Source: Octopus sinensis (Eukaryota). Taken from it: a stretch of 11,137 nt of DNA. The stretch is taken from positions 1-11,137 of the forward strand of contig NW_021827070.1 of NCBI RefSeq assembly GCF_006345805.1. The letters run 5' to 3'. Made by a program: the position numbers and the translations under genes. The notes under the pieces were generated by a model. The model had not been told where the DNA came from. It saw only the letters and a list, made by a program, of their open reading frames with translations, and did not search any database. Of the stretch, positions 8,784 through 11,137 are shown in pieces (the first letter of the stretch is position 1; each line of letters starts with the position of its first letter).

Positions 8784-8825
8784 GATATCTGAAGAAAGAA
8801 TTTTTATATTCCGAAATATTATATC
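8784..8825 (+). ncRNA. Degenerate minimal type I hammerhead motif (HHR-d)
   Basis: GAUAU-CUGAAGA-A-AGAAU(uuuuau)AUUCC-GAAA-UA-UU-AUAUC. Stem I is a perfect 5 bp and stem III is the palindrome AUAU. The stem II closing pair is an A/C mismatch. Confidence 0.6.
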
Positions 8826-8914
8826 AGTCTTTGAATAATTAAATTATAGCACTTATTACAGTCCAATCCCCATTGTTGTGCCATTCAAGACACGTTATAT
8901 TTCACATATATACT

Positions 8915-9007
8915 ATATATGTGTGTATCTATCTATATATATATATATATATAATATATATATTATATATATATATATATATTATATATATAAGATATAT
9001 ATATATT
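8915..9007. repeat. (TA)n microsatellite
   Basis: Direct inspection. Confidence 0.9.
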
Positions 9008-9009
9008 AT

Positions 9010-9724
9010 CCTTAAATCCTAAAAATGGTTAGCCCGAAGGGCCGCGGCCATGCTGGGGCACCACCGCTGAATGAGCTACACTAATATGTGAATCCACCTC
9101 TGATACGTGGCACTTGATCAACAAGGGAGTTCGATGCTGCTGCCCGCATCTGTGTCTCCTGTCGTGAGGCAGGTTCATCTGGACCCCCGACAAAAAGAGA
9201 TCCAGTTTAGTTTTTAAAGAAACCCACATCCACACCCATGTAAGTCTCTCAGGCATTTAGGGAGGATGTTAAAGAGCTGTGGTCTTCTGAAACCCAAGCT
9301 GTTGCAGTATCTGGACCTGTATTTTGATGGTGATGTTGGAATCCTCGGCACCATGAAGTGGCGCCCCGTTCTGCGGTTGGGGTAACTTTGAATGCCAAAG
9401 TTTGGGACCAGACCTCCAGGATTTTCCAGATGTATATCACCGCATATCTCACCCGCCTCCGCTCTAGGGAAAAGAGTTTAATACTTTCAGTCTTTCCAGT
9501 AGCTGATATTTGCATTGAGACGATCTTCTTGTGTAGCTTCTTTGAATTGCTTCGAGTTCTGCTGTTAGTTTTTATATTGTGTGGGGACCAGTTGGGAGCA
9601 GTAGTCCAAGCGGCTGAGGACGAATGTTTTCCAGAGGACCATCAGGTTCTCCTTCTCTCTTGTTCTGAAAGTTCGGAGAATCCATCAGCTAGCCGGCTGC
9701 ATTTTATCACCAGATTAGTAATAT
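9010..9724 (-). mobile_element. 5'-truncated CR1/L2-group LINE (C-terminal ORF2 region with frameshifts, plus 3' UTR)
   Basis: Frameshift-corrected translation ...WILRTF...LWKTFVLSRLDYCSQL.SP...LEAIQRSYT...SYW.RLKVLKLFSLERRRVRYAVIYIWKILE.LVPN...FNILP...KLDLFLSGVPDEP...* matches the CR1-type post-RT motifs (LDYCSxxWSP, LExxQR, LxSLERRR). The stop is at 9083-9081, and a GC hairpin lies at ~9045-9031. Confidence 0.85.
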
Positions 9725-9726
9725 AG

Positions 9727-9926
9727 TTAATCCAAACAAGAAAGCACCAAAACGCACAACAACGCGAGGACGTGGAACAAATATAGTATTATTGGACGCT
9801 CAGGAAAGAAGGAAAGAAGGAGGGTTTAACGTTTCGAGCGGAGCTCTTCGTCGGAAACATAGGAGAAGGAAAGATCCAGAGAAGGGAAGACAGAGGAAAA
9901 AAATCGCCAACGGTACACACGAGGTC
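9727..9926 (-). mobile_element. Probable Penelope-like pLTR fragment
   Basis: A ~200-bp island, pyrimidine-rich on the minus strand, starting at a (TA)n tract and containing a hammerhead motif. Confidence 0.55.
9824..9858 (-). ncRNA. Minimal type I hammerhead motif with a U4C core variant (HHR-e)
   Basis: GUUU-CCGACGA-A-GAGC(ucc)GCUC-GAAA-CG-UU-AAAC. Stems I and II are perfect and stem III is the palindrome ACGU. Confidence 0.7.
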
Positions 9927-10320
9927 ACATATATATATATATGCATGTATGTATGTATGAATATATATATATATATATCTGCATATAATTATCAATGAAG
10001 GTATATATTAGTATATAAATATATACATTCGTGTGTATGTGTGTGTGCAAGCATATATACAGATACGCATATGAAAGTACATGAACATAAATGTCTGTTT
10101 ATGTGTATGTATATACATATATACACGCAAATAGAGCTTCCACGCCGTTTCCATTTACTAAATTCACTCACAAGGTATTGCTCATCCGGGATTAAAGCCA
10201 CACAGCCGAGTTTTCTTAATATAATTCTTGAAATATAAAACATTATATTGTCATATTTATGTTCAGTCTCATATAAATAAAATAAAGTAATTTATAGACA
10301 AGGTAGATACACAAAGATAC

Positions 10321-10505
10321 CCTATCGATTGTTTTGGTATATAAGTCGACGTAAAACATTCAAAATCGTCGCTTTCATTCCAAATTCCGTTTTATTTCAT
10401 ATGAAACTTTTGATCCGCGTAAGTCGTTTTGGTGTATAAGTCGACCTACCATCTTTGGCTTTAAATTTTGGTCTGAAAAATTCGACTTGTATGCAGAAAA
10501 ACGGT
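10321..10505. mobile_element. Probable pogo/Tc2-like MITE remnant
   Basis: gttttggtRtataagtcgac occurs at 10331-10350 and 10426-10445. An inverted tcgacttgtatgcagaaaaacgg (10482-10504) resembles the CCGTATTTT...TATAAGTCG termini of Tc2/pogo-type elements (from memory). The left terminus is degraded. Confidence 0.45.
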
Positions 10506-10761
10506 TGTCCTTTTACATTAATTAAACCAAGCAGCATAATCATGCTTTTTTTATGCGCAAAGCTTTTGTGGTCGTTTTTGCCCCAACTAGTTGGTCTGAG
10601 CAGAATGATGGACCCGTTATTGACATTAGGAAGTTTTTTGGCAACTTTTTTGCTTCCTTTTTTTTTTTCTTGTTTATTTCTCAACAGTTGATGGTGGATA
10701 GAAGCCGGAAAAACCCGGAAAGGCTAAGAAAAGTATTTTCACAGCAAGAAATAATGCAACG

Positions 10762-10945
10762 GAAATGTTTCATACGTACGTATGTGTATATACATATACA
10801 TATATGTGTATATACATATAAATATATGGAAATGTTTCATACGTACGTATGTGTATTTGTATATACATATATGTGTATATACATATACATATATTGAAAT
10901 GTTTCATACGTACGTATGTGTATATACATATACGTGTATATATGT
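10762..10945 (+). repeat. 67-bp minisatellite, ~3 copies
   Basis: gaaatgtttcatacgtacgtatgtgtat starts at 10762, 10829 and 10896, an exact 67-bp period. Confidence 0.9.
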
Positions 10946-11137
10946 TGGCATATGTGTGTAATACATACACACACATTTATATACATGCAAATGTACATTG
11001 ACGTATGTATGTGTGTATGTATGATAGACAGATAGATCAGTAAGTAGTTAGCTAGAGAGGTTGAGTAGAATAGAGAGTGAGAAAGTGAATAAGAAAGAAG
11101 CGGGAGAAAAATACGAGAAATATTTTTGCAAGGACTA

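Noticed and set aside
4860-8792. Many tracked ORFs rich in YI, HT, CV or poly-I/L
   Set aside because: They are translations of stop-free (TA)n, (CA)n, (TG)n and (ATT)n tracts. The same applies to 533-1037, 3737-4120, 4303-4491 and 9789-10976.
4235-9620. Other CUGANGA matches (4235-4241 -, 8240-8246 -, 9614-9620 +)
   Set aside because: None has a downstream stem II plus GAAA, and two lie in LINE coding sequence.
10650-10780. Strong pyrimidine tract and caacAG acceptor at 10687
   Set aside because: The candidate donors are weak or fall inside the minisatellite, and the peptide is unrecognised. RNA-seq would be needed.
10762-10945. CRISPR-like array (palindromic ~27-nt repeats, ~40-nt spacers)
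   Set aside because: The spacers are mutually similar dinucleotide filler, there are no cas genes, and the context is eukaryotic.

Overview
AT-rich, non-coding eukaryotic DNA. No intact protein-coding gene is supported, and nearly all ORFs in the track are microsatellite translations. The repeat types look cephalopod (Octopus-like), which is inferred from remembered repeat families and not verified. The window is a mosaic of microsatellites and transposon fragments: four tRNA-derived SINE copies of one family, a non-autonomous Helitron inside a tandem duplication, the 3' end of an R4/Dong-like RLE retrotransposon inside an (ATT)n tract, the 3' end of a CR1-group LINE, and a probable pogo/Tc2-like MITE. 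The most notable signal is five type I hammerhead-ribozyme motifs of the minimal Penelope-associated kind, each in a different short repeat (641-686 -, 7110-7191 +, 7414-7472 +, 8784-8825 +, 9824-9858 -). One of them lies in the tail of a tRNA-headed (Pol III) SINE-like element that has a head-to-head, internally deleted inverted copy. All structures were folded by eye, and ribozyme activity is untested.
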